Assembly: GCA_041639695.1 (NCBI GenBank)
Contig: JBEQBQ010000006.1
Location: 1-60,687 of the forward strand
Length of the DNA: 60,687 nt
Origin: Candidatus Nanohaloarchaea archaeon
GTDB lineage: Archaea; Nanohalarchaeota; Nanosalinia; Nanosalinales; Nanosalinaceae
Direction of reading: 5' to 3'
The notes under the pieces are model-generated. The model was not told the DNA's origin. It was given only the letters and a program-made list of their open reading frames with translations, and did no database searches. Below are positions 28,236-38,144 of this stretch, one piece after another. The stretch's first letter is position 1. The number at the start of each line of letters is the position of its first letter. The position numbers and the translations under genes are program-made.

Positions 28236-28778
28236 ATGGAGAAGGCCAGTTTCGGTATGGGCTGCTTCTGGGGGCCTGAAGCGGTTTTCGGTTCCCTGGA
28301 AGGAGTGAAGAGAACGAAGGTAGGTTACTCCGGTGGAGAGAAAGACGATCCGGACTACCACCACTTAGGAAAACATACTGAGACAGTACAGATAGAATAC
28401 GACCCGGAACAGATATCCTTCGAGAAACTTCTGAAAGTGTTTTGGGCCCACCATGATTACGCTGAGAAAAGGAAGCCTCAGTACAGATCGGTTATATTCT
28501 TTCATTCTGAGTCCCAGAGACAGAAAGCTGAAGAATCAGTTAAAGAGGGGGCTGTAACCGATATTGAACCTATGACTGTTTTTTACGATGCTGAGAACTA
28601 TCATCAAAAGTTCAGACTTCGACACTCTCCCCTAGCTGATTATTTCGACAGTTCTGAGGAGATAAAGAACTCGGGGCTTGCTGCTCGCTTAAACGCATTT
28701 GCTGGAGGAGAGCTAGGTAAGAAGGAACTTGATGACCTAGTTGAACTTCCGACTGAGATCATGGATAAGCTGGACTGA
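28236..28778 (+). CDS. msrA: peptide methionine sulfoxide reductase A
   Basis: GCFWG, GYSGG, HTETVQIEYDP, QYRSVIF, AENYHQK. Confidence 0.95.
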   Translation: MEKASFGMGCFWGPEAVFGSLEGVKRTKVGYSGGEKDDPDYHHLGKHTETVQIEYDPEQISFEKLLKVFWAHHDYAEKRKPQYRSVIFFHSESQRQKAEESVKEGAVTDIEPMTVFYDAENYHQKFRLRHSPLADYFDSSEEIKNSGLAARLNAFAGGELGKKELDDLVELPTEIMDKLD

Positions 28779-28814
28779 AAAACCTATTTAGGTAGGTCTA
28801 ACTGAAACTAGGAT

Positions 28815-29999
28815 GTGAAAAGAATAGAGGTCACGGTTCCGAAGAAAAACAAGAAAGACGTTCTAGAAGTTTTAGAGGATCATGATCATTCGGCTACAGT
28901 CTTAGAGGCTGAAAGAGACGGTGATAAACTTGTCAGATGCGAGTTTGTCCAGGATTCTGCTGAAGTTGACCAAATAATACAGGATTTGAAGGATATTAAG
29001 GAAGTAGATTCTGGAGATTTAACCGTAGAGATCTTAGACCAAAAAGCTTACGTTGAGAAGGGTAAACGGCGTGAAGGCGGCAGTTCCTCTATATCCGCAA
29101 ATGAAATGTATTCTAAAGCCTTTGATTTTTCCACTTTCGATGTCAAGTCTTGGTCTCTGATTGGTCTGGCTTCCGCGATAGCGGTAATGGGTATCGCCGC
29201 AGAAAACGTAATAGTTGTTATCGGAGCGATGGTTATAGCGCCTATGTTAGGTCCGTTCATGTCCAGCTCTTTCGGACTTGTTGTCGGTGACAGGAAGGTC
29301 ATAAGGCAAAGCATGGTTTACGGTGCTGGTAGCATACTTATGGCAGTCTTTTTCTCAGCCCTGATATCTTTGCCTTTCAATATTGAAACAAATAGCTTGA
29401 TGTCGCTGATAGCTGACCCAGGATTTACCACGGTGCCTCTGTCACTGTTTGTTGGAAGTGCTTCGGCTGTTGCTTTTTCGACCGAGGCAAGGGAAACCCT
29501 GGCAGGTGTTGCTGTTGCGATCGCTCTAGTACCGCCTTCAGCTGTTGCGGGAATTGCTTTGTCTGCCTTGAACACCGATTTATTGTTTAACGTATCTCTT
29601 GTGATTCTGAGTAACGTGATGGCGTTGATACTTGCAGGTTCGATTACATTCAAGCTTCTTGGTGTTTCACCGGCCACTTACTACCGTAAAAAGGTTTCAA
29701 AGGAGAAGATGAGGAAGGCAGTTGCAATATCGGGAATTTCGCTGATTTTGATTGGCGGAATCGTAGGTTTTCTTTCGTACCAAGAACTTCAACAATCGAG
29801 ACAGGTAGAAACAGTTCAGAAACAGTTGGATGAGCAGTTTGGACATAAACTTCTTTCAAGTAACGTAGAAACCGATTCAGAATCTTTAGGGGTGACTGCT
29901 GTAGTTGTTGAACCAGATATTAATTCTACAGAGTTGGAAACAAGCCTGGAAAAAAGTACAAGAACGGATGTGGCGCTGGAGTTCTATTCTGTTTCCTAG
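28815..29999 (+). CDS. DUF389/TIGR00341-type membrane protein
   Basis: VIGAMVIAPMLGP, LAGVAVAIALVPP. Confidence 0.88.
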   Translation: MKRIEVTVPKKNKKDVLEVLEDHDHSATVLEAERDGDKLVRCEFVQDSAEVDQIIQDLKDIKEVDSGDLTVEILDQKAYVEKGKRREGGSSSISANEMYSKAFDFSTFDVKSWSLIGLASAIAVMGIAAENVIVVIGAMVIAPMLGPFMSSSFGLVVGDRKVIRQSMVYGAGSILMAVFFSALISLPFNIETNSLMSLIADPGFTTVPLSLFVGSASAVAFSTEARETLAGVAVAIALVPPSAVAGIALSALNTDLLFNVSLVILSNVMALILAGSITFKLLGVSPATYYRKKVSKEKMRKAVAISGISLILIGGIVGFLSYQELQQSRQVETVQKQLDEQFGHKLLSSNVETDSESLGVTAVVVEPDINSTELETSLEKSTRTDVALEFYSVS

Positions 30000-30355
30000 A
30001 TCCCTGGTATGCCTATAGCTCCGAAGCTGGCTAGGTCAAGCGCTCCCAGTATGTAGAATATCACTATCACTGTTATCCATGCGATAATTGATATCAGTAT
30101 TGCTGAGATGAGGCCGCCTTCATAACGTGCGTTGATGAAGCCTAGCCAGATAAGGAATGCTAGTAGAGGTCCTAGTAGCGGAATCCATCCAAGGAAGAAT
30201 CCTGCGATCGCCCAGACCAATCCTCCTATCAAGGCTGTAAGTAAAGCATAGCCGAAGTCTTCTTCGCCGGTTACCAGTCTCGCTCCCGTGTAGATTCCTA
30301 GGGTTCCTATAGCGAGACTGACCGCAAAGACCACGAGCGAATCAATTAAGGCCAT
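29996..30355 (-). CDS. four-TM membrane protein
   Basis: Hydrophobic; GWIPLLGP, GIPG C-terminus. Confidence 0.75.
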   Translation of the reverse strand: MALIDSLVVFAVSLAIGTLGIYTGARLVTGEEDFGYALLTALIGGLVWAIAGFFLGWIPLLGPLLAFLIWLGFINARYEGGLISAILISIIAWITVIVIFYILGALDLASFGAIGIPGI

Positions 30356-30402
30356 ATCAAGCTATTCGAGTCTTACGTTAAAGTTTTTGTTGGTACTTTC
30401 TA

Positions 30403-30666
30403 TTATAGTTCTTTTTCAAGGTCCAAAACGGTTTTTTCAGCGTGCTCTATTATCCTCAAAGGATTGTTTTCGATTTCAACAAGCCCGTTTTCTCTTTGAT
30501 GGATCTTACCGTAAGTCTCCCTACTAACACTAAAATGCATTAACCGGTCAGTCGATCTATAGATAAACTCGTAGAAGTAAAGCTCCGTCACTACATGTAC
30601 AACATAGCGGTTATCGTAGTTCTTCGAGTCCTGGCTTCTAAACTCTAGTTCAAGTATATCCGACAT
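30403..30666 (-). CDS. hypothetical protein
   Basis: Short ORF filling an intergenic gap. Confidence 0.5.
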   Translation of the reverse strand: MSDILELEFRSQDSKNYDNRYVVHVVTELYFYEFIYRSTDRLMHFSVSRETYGKIHQRENGLVEIENNPLRIIEHAEKTVLDLEKEL

Positions 30667-30748
30667 CTTCTCCAAGTTGAATAATTTCTATAACCGGTTT
30701 TGAAACCCACAATTCTTTTTGAGGGACAGACTCGACTAAAACCTTGTT

Positions 30749-31360
30749 ATGGACAAGAAAATCCTAACCGCTTTAACTACATTAACTCTACTTATAACGC
30801 CGGTATTGGCTGAAAACTATGTTAATTACTCATCAAGCTACAGCTACTCCACATCAAGCAGTACTTCAAACCAGTCTTGGAGCTTCAAAATAGACAAAAG
30901 AGGGTCTAAATGTTCAAACAATTCAGAGAGACTACGTAACGTAAGTTTTCGCGAAAACGGTGTAAGCTTTGTAGGATCTCTTGAGGTCCCTACCCCATGC
31001 AGAATGTTAGAAACAGAGGTTCAGGAGACAGGTGACCGGATTTATGCGGTAAAAATTAGTTCTGAACCTGCAAAAGTGCCTTGTGTACAGTGTATAGGAA
31101 AGATAAATTATAAAGCCTCTTTTAACTCATCCGAACCATACAAACTGCGGTTGTACCATGAAGGAACTCTTGTAGAAACGTTTGAACATCCTGAATTCGA
31201 TAACAACTCTAGAGAGTTTAACCAGACATCGATTACCCCGTTAAACGAAACACAGGTTAATGATTCACAGAGTTCGCTTAACCAGACTGTTGAAGCGAGT
31301 CCTGAAAACCCTGGGGGATTGTTTGAAAGGATTTTCTCATGGTTTGGAGCTTTTTTCTAG
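30749..31360 (+). CDS. secreted/surface protein with VPTPC and CVQC motifs
   Basis: Sec signal (VLA|E), several N-x-S/T sequons, amphipathic C-terminal GLFERIFSWF. Confidence 0.7.
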   Translation: MDKKILTALTTLTLLITPVLAENYVNYSSSYSYSTSSSTSNQSWSFKIDKRGSKCSNNSERLRNVSFRENGVSFVGSLEVPTPCRMLETEVQETGDRIYAVKISSEPAKVPCVQCIGKINYKASFNSSEPYKLRLYHEGTLVETFEHPEFDNNSREFNQTSITPLNETQVNDSQSSLNQTVEASPENPGGLFERIFSWFGAFF

Positions 31361-32550
31361 TTGCTTGAAACGATCTCGATAACGTCCCGATGCTCAAGCT
31401 CGTGATCCGAACCAATCTGTCTGTTCTCTCTACAATCGATTCCGTGTAGAAATCCTTCTCCAAGATCGGAGTGGATTGTATAGGCAAAATCTTCTGCCGT
31501 TGAATTATCTGGTACTAGGAAGCAATCAGGCAAAATGTTTCCATGCTCGTCTCCAAGTCCATCAGCTCCGCCAGGAAAGACAGCCATAACACCAAGTTCA
31601 TCGAACAAAGCGGTTTCTAAAGCTTGCTGCACTCCTGTACCGCCATACTTGTCTATAAATTCTCGGATTTTTTCTAATCCTTCCTGTTTTTTCTCCGGTA
31701 TATCTTCGAGAACCTCAAAATCTTCATCGCCAGGATGATAGTCTACAACATCCTTCTCCGCTGCGTTCTTTAATGCTTTCTCGGCATGTGCAGATGCAGG
31801 AACAATCTCAAGGTGTTCATAATCAGGATCTGAGGTAATCTCCTCAAAGTTTTCCCTGGCTTTCTCTGTATCCATTTTGTTGGCGGCTATAATCATCGGC
31901 TTTGTTTCCTTCCTTATCTTCCTCGCCAATCTTTCACGATCCTCTTCAGCCCATGTATCAGGATCTAGATCTAAATCTAAGGATAGAATTATCTGTTTGA
32001 TCTCATTCTTGTTGGTCTTGAAAGCACTCATCTGTTCCGCTAATTCTTCCTCAAGTTTCACGTCTTGAGGCCCTTTCTTCGACTCGTAACGCTCAATACC
32101 TTTCTCAAGGATCTCAAGATACCACATGTCAAGCTCTTCCTCCAAGAAATCGATGTCTTTTCTTGGATCGTGGCCTTCCGTAGGTTCTCCTTCAATATCG
32201 GTCTCTCCTGAAAAATCAACTATGTGAATCAGGACGTCTGCCTCGTTTAAGTCGGTCAGGAACTTGTTTCCCAGGCCTTTTCCTTCGTGGGCGCCGGGAA
32301 TCAATCCTGCGACGTCGACAAGCTTTACAGGTACGTAACGTGTCCCGTGGTTACAGTAACCTACTCTTGGATCACAGCTTTCATCGAAGTCGGGTGCAGC
32401 ACACTGAACTCTTACGTAGGCTTCTCCGACACTGGGATCGATCGTGGTGAAGGGATAGTTTCCTTCATCGACCGAGTTCATGGTGGCTGCGTTGAAGAAC
32501 GTTGATTTTCCGACCGAAGGCTTTCCGACAAGCCCGATTTTGTAAGGCAT
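31357..32550 (-). CDS. ychF: OBG-family ATPase/GTPase YchF (archaeal type)
   Basis: [35 protein letters not shown]-terminal TGS domain. Confidence 0.93.
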   Translation of the reverse strand: MPYKIGLVGKPSVGKSTFFNAATMNSVDEGNYPFTTIDPSVGEAYVRVQCAAPDFDESCDPRVGYCNHGTRYVPVKLVDVAGLIPGAHEGKGLGNKFLTDLNEADVLIHIVDFSGETDIEGEPTEGHDPRKDIDFLEEELDMWYLEILEKGIERYESKKGPQDVKLEEELAEQMSAFKTNKNEIKQIILSLDLDLDPDTWAEEDRERLARKIRKETKPMIIAANKMDTEKARENFEEITSDPDYEHLEIVPASAHAEKALKNAAEKDVVDYHPGDEDFEVLEDIPEKKQEGLEKIREFIDKYGGTGVQQALETALFDELGVMAVFPGGADGLGDEHGNILPDCFLVPDNSTAEDFAYTIHSDLGEGFLHGIDCRENRQIGSDHELEHRDVIEIVSSN

Positions 32551-32634
32551 AACTCGAACTGGATTTGAAAGCTTAAAAATCGGTTCAGAGTATGATCGGT
32601 TCTCCCTTAAAGTTCGTGCCAAAACCATTTACGT

Positions 32635-33000
32635 ATGCGAAAGTTCAAACTCCCCGGAAGAGATCCTTCAAGGCCTAGGCTCGACGAAAACGATATCGAT
32701 CTCATAAGTCAGAAAGGCATCGAACATATCAAACAGATAGCCTATGCTGTGGTCGAAGATAAACTTGTCAACGGAAAAAGTATTCCGGCCGGCGGAAACC
32801 CTGTCTACAAAGCTATGCATGCATGCAACGTTTCTAATCGTGATGATCTTGAAGGCGCACATAGAATCAGGAAAGACCGAGAACTTAAGCAGAGCGATAT
32901 CGAATCGGTTGTTGACGTGATTATGCGCTGGATCGTACGAGAGTACAACTTCTATATGGAAGAGGAAAAGAAGAAGCAGAAAAGCCTCCAAGAGTTCTAG
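32635..33000 (+). CDS. DUF4186-like protein with C-terminal PIP-like motif
   Basis: GKSIP..GNPVYKAMHA...R..L...H.I pattern; ends KQKSLQEF. Confidence 0.65.
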   Translation: MRKFKLPGRDPSRPRLDENDIDLISQKGIEHIKQIAYAVVEDKLVNGKSIPAGGNPVYKAMHACNVSNRDDLEGAHRIRKDRELKQSDIESVVDVIMRWIVREYNFYMEEEKKKQKSLQEF

Positions 33001-34298
33001 ATCAATCCCTCGGACTCAAGATGCTCGATTACGTTGTCTTTATCTAAGCTTTCTTCCTCTCCTGAGTCCATGTGCTTCATCGTAACCTCTTCGTTTTCAA
33101 GGTCTCTTTCCCCGACAATAAGAGTTCTCTTCGCATTTATGGAATCGGCGTAGCCAAGCTGTTGGCCGAAACCTCTTCCGGAAAGATCGGATTCTACAGA
33201 AAGGCCATTATCCCTCAACTTTGTAGCGTAATCAAGTGCAACGTCTCTGACCGACTCAGACACTGAGAGAACATAGACATCTGTCTCAATCTCTTTCAGA
33301 GGGTAGCGGTCCTCCTTCTTAAGCAGTTCAATAGTAGTGGAGTAACCGAACGCAAAACCTACTGCAGGAACCTCTCTATCGCCAAACGTTCCAACAAGTT
33401 CATCGTAACGTCCACCTCCGAATAGTGCTCGGAGCTCTCCTTCGGAGTCGAAGGCCTCGAAAACTAGACCGGTGTAGTAGGCCAGTCCTCTAACGATCGA
33501 GAGATCGAACCGGCACATATCAGTGACACCATACGAGTCAAGCGCCTCACCAAGGCTCTCTATCCGATCAACAGACTCCTGTACTACCTGCGGCGCTTTT
33601 TCTCTTAACTCATCTATCTGATCAAGTATAGGCCCGGAAATATCCGTCAGCTCGTCCACCTGCTCAGCGTCCTCCCGGGAAAGACCTCTTTCCTCGAGAT
33701 CCTCAAGGAACTCCTCACGGGAAAGCTTCTCCTTATCATCTACGACCTTCATAGCTTCCTCGGTTTTCTCGATTCCATGGGATTCAAGGATCGATTCCAA
33801 GAGCTCCCGGTCGTTTATCAGAAACTTCACGCGGTTATCCAGATCAAGTTTCCGGTAGATGGTGGCTGCCGCTGCGATAACTTCTGCGTCAGCCTCAACA
33901 GACTCGATACCGAAGATATCGAAATCGGTCTGGAGGAACTCTCTATCCCTTCCCCTAGTAACGTCCTCGTATCTCCATCTTTTCGAGGTGTTGTACCACT
34001 TGACTGGTGTTTTCAGATCCTTCCTCTTCTGGATCAGTCGGGCTCGGGTAGGTGTCTGCTCCGGCACCAGTGTGATCTCGTTGTCACCTTTATCCGTGAA
34101 TGCGTACATCTCGTCGGTAACTGAGTCCTCCTCTTTTTCAGTCCAGAGTTCCTGTCTCTCGATGCTTGGCGGTTCGATTTGCCTAAAACCAAACTCCTCC
34201 GCAGTCTCTTCGACTGTTTCGATCAGGTGTTTCCATGTCGCCCATTCATTAGGGTAACGGTCGTAGGTACCTTTCAGACTCTCCAGATTGATTGCCAT
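32997..34298 (-). CDS. hisS: histidyl-tRNA synthetase
   Basis: PEQT, WRYE..GRDREFLQ, RGLAYYTG, GGGRYD, anticodon-binding domain. Confidence 0.96.
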   Translation of the reverse strand: MAINLESLKGTYDRYPNEWATWKHLIETVEETAEEFGFRQIEPPSIERQELWTEKEEDSVTDEMYAFTDKGDNEITLVPEQTPTRARLIQKRKDLKTPVKWYNTSKRWRYEDVTRGRDREFLQTDFDIFGIESVEADAEVIAAAATIYRKLDLDNRVKFLINDRELLESILESHGIEKTEEAMKVVDDKEKLSREEFLEDLEERGLSREDAEQVDELTDISGPILDQIDELREKAPQVVQESVDRIESLGEALDSYGVTDMCRFDLSIVRGLAYYTGLVFEAFDSEGELRALFGGGRYDELVGTFGDREVPAVGFAFGYSTTIELLKKEDRYPLKEIETDVYVLSVSESVRDVALDYATKLRDNGLSVESDLSGRGFGQQLGYADSINAKRTLIVGERDLENEEVTMKHMDSGEEESLDKDNVIEHLESEGLI

Positions 34299-34313
34299 TT
34301 TTAACTCGTCCTC

Positions 34314-35087
34314 TTAAATAGGGCTTTTATCCGAGTTTTTATACTGGTTTTGAGTTCTTTCAAACCTTCCAAGCCGGCTGGTCATTCCCTCCACAGCTTC
34401 GTAGTCAAGCCCTACATCTTCAGCTGAACTGCCGGAAACGAACATGTAGACGCCGGCAACCTCTTTAGGTATTTCTGCCAGCAGCTCTTCCTCCTCACCG
34501 AAATCAGCGAAGTCGGAAAAAGAGATGTAATCGGGATCGGAGTCCCAGTACCTCTCAGCGGCTGTTTTCCCAACCGACTGAAACTCATCGGGCAGCAGAA
34601 CAGTCTCCGGCACTACATTTAGATCTGTGTTCATTACACCCCATTTCACCTCGTCGCCATACGCCTCCTCAAGCCGATAACCTTTTTCTTCGGCAGTTTC
34701 CTCGATCAGTTCTTCAAATGGCCTATCGATCTCATCTGCTGTGTAGTTTCCTTCTACTAGCCAATCAAAGCCTTGGTAGAACCTGTCTGGGTTGAAAGCT
34801 AGAGGGTTCTGATCGAAGGACTGGATTTTTACGTCTCCGAAGCCTGTCTCGGTAAAAACAGGTCTGTTGAAAGCTCGACCGGTATCCTTGAAATCGACGC
34901 AGTCAAGTTTCACTACCGCCCTTTCAATCCAGTGACGGTTTAACCCGGTTTTTGCATACATCTTTCCCACGCCGTTCAGGACGTCCAGTATGTAATCTTT
35001 ATCGTATTCTCCGGGTAATTCCTCTCTTAGGGCTGTTCCTGCATTTCTACCTTTCTCCGGAACTCCGATAATGTACTTAGCTGTCAC
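34314..35087 (-). CDS. divergent ATP phosphoribosyltransferase (HisG)-like protein
   Basis: IGVPEKGR N-terminus, GFGDVKI, FVSGSSAEDVGL resembling HisG DIVxTGxTLxxNGL; adjacent to hisS. Confidence 0.5.
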   Translation of the reverse strand: MTAKYIIGVPEKGRNAGTALREELPGEYDKDYILDVLNGVGKMYAKTGLNRHWIERAVVKLDCVDFKDTGRAFNRPVFTETGFGDVKIQSFDQNPLAFNPDRFYQGFDWLVEGNYTADEIDRPFEELIEETAEEKGYRLEEAYGDEVKWGVMNTDLNVVPETVLLPDEFQSVGKTAAERYWDSDPDYISFSDFADFGEEEELLAEIPKEVAGVYMFVSGSSAEDVGLDYEAVEGMTSRLGRFERTQNQYKNSDKSPI

Positions 35088-35340
35088 TGAGAACCACCTC
35101 TAGTACTTCTCCATCAAAGCTGAACTCTTTCACATCTTTGATGCCTGAAACAATTTCCAGGGCCTCAGATTTTGATGAAACCTTTTCTCTAACTACTCTG
35201 GTAGACCGGAGTGCAATTGAAACCCTGTCTCCTTTTTTCAGGTTAAATTTGTCTCTGATTCTGGCGGGGACCGTTATACGGCCTTTAGAATCTATTTTGC
35301 CTGAAAAAGATACGCCAGAGCTGCATGTGAACCCGGTCAC
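35077..35340 (-). CDS. AbrB/MazE/MraZ-type DNA-binding protein
   Basis: KIDSKGRITVPARIRDKFNLKKGDRV. Confidence 0.85.
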   Translation of the reverse strand: MTGFTCSSGVSFSGKIDSKGRITVPARIRDKFNLKKGDRVSIALRSTRVVREKVSSKSEALEIVSGIKDVKEFSFDGEVLEVVLSDS

Positions 35341-35580
35341 CCTTAGTTGATCGGATCTGAGAGCTAGAATTATCTAGAAGATTTTGAGAGCTATTCGAAA
35401 CTTGTTCGTCTTCCCTGTCTAGGGAGATGATCGTATCCACCTTGCATTAGTGATCGCCTATCCACCAAAAAATCACTGAATGATATAAATACAAGTGGGA
35501 TATGAGTGGGAGAATCGGTCTGTTAGTCGTTGTGAACGATTACACGAATCGATAAAAAGCAGTCGAACGCCGAGAGTTAC

Positions 35581-36009
35581 ATGCAGTTCGGCATGAGAAG
35601 CTTCAAGGCCTCCAAACCGATCGATGAATATCGGGAGTTCAGAGAGGTCTACGCAGAATTGACATCCTCCTTGATACACCATGGTTTCGATTTTGAGGCC
35701 CGGCCCGAGTTCGATGAGGACGAAAGACATAGCTCGGCCTGTATATACGGCGACGACTTCAGGTTTGAAATCGACTATTACCCTGCGGAAGCCCATTTCG
35801 ATTCATGGCGCGAACAGCTGGATGCCGAATTATGGGCAACCCTTGAAGCGGATCTCAGAGTTTCTAAAGATCTAAGCTCTGCTAGAGAGTACATGGAGTC
35901 CAACTTCGGCACCGATAACATGGAGGAGAGTGACGAATCTCTCAAAGAGTACGTTGAGAGAAGATTTGAGGAGCTGGAGCGAATGTTTGACGGACTCGGA
36001 ACTAACTAA
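35581..36009 (+). CDS. hypothetical acidic protein
   Basis: 142-aa ORF. Confidence 0.6.
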   Translation: MQFGMRSFKASKPIDEYREFREVYAELTSSLIHHGFDFEARPEFDEDERHSSACIYGDDFRFEIDYYPAEAHFDSWREQLDAELWATLEADLRVSKDLSSAREYMESNFGTDNMEESDESLKEYVERRFEELERMFDGLGTN

Positions 36010-36032
36010 AACGCCGGAGTGAAACCGGAACC

Positions 36033-36503
36033 ATGGGAGACTTCTCTGAACATGTGCTGTTCGGAATGCTATCTGCATCGGTCGCATTCTACCTCGTAAG
36101 CGACTTCGTCAACCTGACCGGTGCAGAGACAGTGATGGCGGGAACCATGCTTTTTATTGGTTCGGTACTTCCTGACATAGACCACAAAAATTCGTATGTG
36201 CATAGAGCCGCGAAAGCAACCCTAAGTATTTCAACAGGAATATTTCTAGCTCTGCTTGCACCTTTCGGAATCAAGGATAGATTCTTACTTGGTATAGCAG
36301 GTTTTACCGCCGTATACATAGGGTTTTCCTTGCTGAAGATGAAGCACCGAGGTTTTACACACTCTGTTCTGTTTGCCTTTACAGTTACTATGTTGGTGGC
36401 TGCTTTCGGGCTTTACTCAGCATCTACTTTAGCTCCGGCGGTAGCAGTGCTTCTGGGGATAAGCTCCCATCTGATCTTGGACGGAGAGTTTAAGTTCCGC
36501 TAG
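36033..36503 (+). CDS. membrane-bound metal-dependent hydrolase (YdjM/DUF457-like)
   Basis: H, LPDIDH, HRGFTHS, SHLILD. Confidence 0.88.
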   Translation: MGDFSEHVLFGMLSASVAFYLVSDFVNLTGAETVMAGTMLFIGSVLPDIDHKNSYVHRAAKATLSISTGIFLALLAPFGIKDRFLLGIAGFTAVYIGFSLLKMKHRGFTHSVLFAFTVTMLVAAFGLYSASTLAPAVAVLLGISSHLILDGEFKFR

Positions 36504-36949
36504 TTTATGTCGGCTACATCTTCCATCGTAGCTTTTCTTGAGTCGGCGTTATCGTTCCTTGAGTAGTCAGCTACTTCGGGATTCGTGTAAAGCGTGATGT
36601 TGAACTTCTTTGAGATTTTTTTCGCTAAAGGCTTGTCAGGTTTCAATTGCTCCTGTTCAAGCTTCTTCAGAAGCGATTCCTTTTCATTTATGTCTTCTGC
36701 GACCTCTGCGATCGAGAGCTGTTTTGATTCACGTGCTTCCTTGATTTTCTCGCCGTAGCCGTTTACTAAAACGTCTTTGCTTGACGATTTCTTCTTTCTT
36801 TTCTTCTTTTTCCTCTTCTTGCTGCTTGAGGATGAGCCTACTTCGTCGCCCATCGATGCACATGATTTGCAAGCCTTAAGGATTGTTCCTTCGATTTTAA
36901 CTTTCTTCAGAGAATCGGATTCTTGTCCACATAGTTCACACGATGACAT
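36500..36949 (-). CDS. mbf1: archaeal multiprotein bridging factor aMBF1
   Basis: CELCG...C..C zinc ribbon, basic linker, HTH (IKEARE...LSIAEVA), ATMEDVA; ATG at 36949. Confidence 0.9.
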   Translation of the reverse strand: MSSCELCGQESDSLKKVKIEGTILKACKSCASMGDEVGSSSSSKKRKKKKRKKKSSSKDVLVNGYGEKIKEARESKQLSIAEVAEDINEKESLLKKLEQEQLKPDKPLAKKISKKFNITLYTNPEVADYSRNDNADSRKATMEDVADIN

Positions 36950-37098
36950 TCTTGGTTCACGGATAGATAATCGCTTAATGGTGTTTGTACTAGGTTCAAA
37001 ATCTTTCCCGAGGTTTAATATCTTTACCCTATTTCTCTTCATTCCCGGTTTTTCTATTCCGTTAGATTATTCACTTTTCCCGATCAAATGTTGTTTGT

Positions 37099-37350
37099 AT
37101 GGGAAGGGAACTTAATCTTTACAGGCAGGAGATGGATCCGGAAAGGTTCGAAGAGCTACGAGAAGAGATACTAAAGGATTATGACCTCGAGGAAGGGATA
37201 GACTACAATTTAGGGGAAACACCTCAGAACCCTAAGCTAGTAATGAGTTCTGACGACCCGGTATTAGAAGTTGACTTTGTGGGCTCAGACCTCGTAGTTA
37301 CTCATTACGGCGAAGAGGATGTTATCGAGGCACTTGAGAGCTTAGAATAG
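37099..37350 (+). CDS. hypothetical acidic protein
   Basis: 83-aa ORF. Confidence 0.55.
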   Translation: MGRELNLYRQEMDPERFEELREEILKDYDLEEGIDYNLGETPQNPKLVMSSDDPVLEVDFVGSDLVVTHYGEEDVIEALESLE

Positions 37351-37893
37351 CTAGTTTCCTAGTTTCCTCATCGTGTAGCCGTATACAAAGCTGATAAACG
37401 AGATTCCGAACAGTCCTAATGCCAGAAACAGAAATAGGTCTGCTGAAACAAGACCCGACTCCGCAGCAGCTTTAGGTGCCTTAGCTGCATCCATAGCCCC
37501 CATCTGATCCATGGCGTTCATGGCAGTTACTGCCTCTTCCTGGGCCTTCTGTTTGCCGATTTGATTAAGCGAGTAAGCACCTATGCCGACAGCGGCCAGA
37601 CCGGAAATAGCTGAACCGGTAAGCGAGAACTTGACCTTTCTTTCCTTCCCATTTACAATTGTCTCGGCCTTCTTTGTAGGTCTGTAAACCACTCGCTTTC
37701 TGCCATCCTCCTCATCCTTCTCGACAAGGCCGGCTTCATGAAGTTTGGTTAGGTGGGAAGAAACTGTTGACTTTGACTTTCCTACCTTATCGCTTATCCC
37801 TGTAGGCGTAGCATCTTTCTCCATAACGCTGTTTAGTATTCTGATACGTGTTGGGGATGAAAGAGCTTTAACGGCGTCAAAGTCAAGTTCCAT
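37351..37893 (-). CDS. ArsR-type wHTH regulator with two C-terminal TM segments
   Basis: KALSSPTRIRIL, SKSTVSSHL.KL.EAGLV, then hydrophobic helices. Confidence 0.85.
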   Translation of the reverse strand: MELDFDAVKALSSPTRIRILNSVMEKDATPTGISDKVGKSKSTVSSHLTKLHEAGLVEKDEEDGRKRVVYRPTKKAETIVNGKERKVKFSLTGSAISGLAAVGIGAYSLNQIGKQKAQEEAVTAMNAMDQMGAMDAAKAPKAAAESGLVSADLFLFLALGLFGISFISFVYGYTMRKLGN

Positions 37894-37934
37894 AAGTTAG
37901 TTTTGCTGATAGTATCTTTTATTTTTGGTATCTG

Positions 37935-37958
37935 TTTGTTCGGCTTCCATCGAACAAA
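37935..37958. promoter_or_regulatory. perfect inverted repeat TTTGTTCG-N8-CGAACAAA, putative operator
   Basis: Lies 42-65 nt upstream of the ArsR-type gene. Confidence 0.45.
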
Positions 37959-38144
37959 GAAGGTATGCTCTCGAATAGTTTTTTCCTACAGCTAGATGGT
38001 TGAGCTGGCTTAAACTCTTCTCGGGCTTGTTTTTAAGGGTTTCGGCGAGAACACGGTTTTTAGACCTCAGTAGTAAAGATTTCAGGCAGTATCGCCCCTA
38101 CCTATAAAAAAGAGGCTCGACAATCTTTCCTTGGTGATCAGAAC

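Noticed and set aside
32997-34298. hisS might be HisZ, given the HisG-like neighbour
   Set aside because: It retains motif 2, RGLAYYTG, GGGRYD and the C-terminal anticodon-binding domain of a true HisRS
36780-36840. Low-complexity Ser/Lys run (SSSSSKKRKKKKRKKK)
   Set aside because: It is the basic linker of aMBF1, not a separate repeat element
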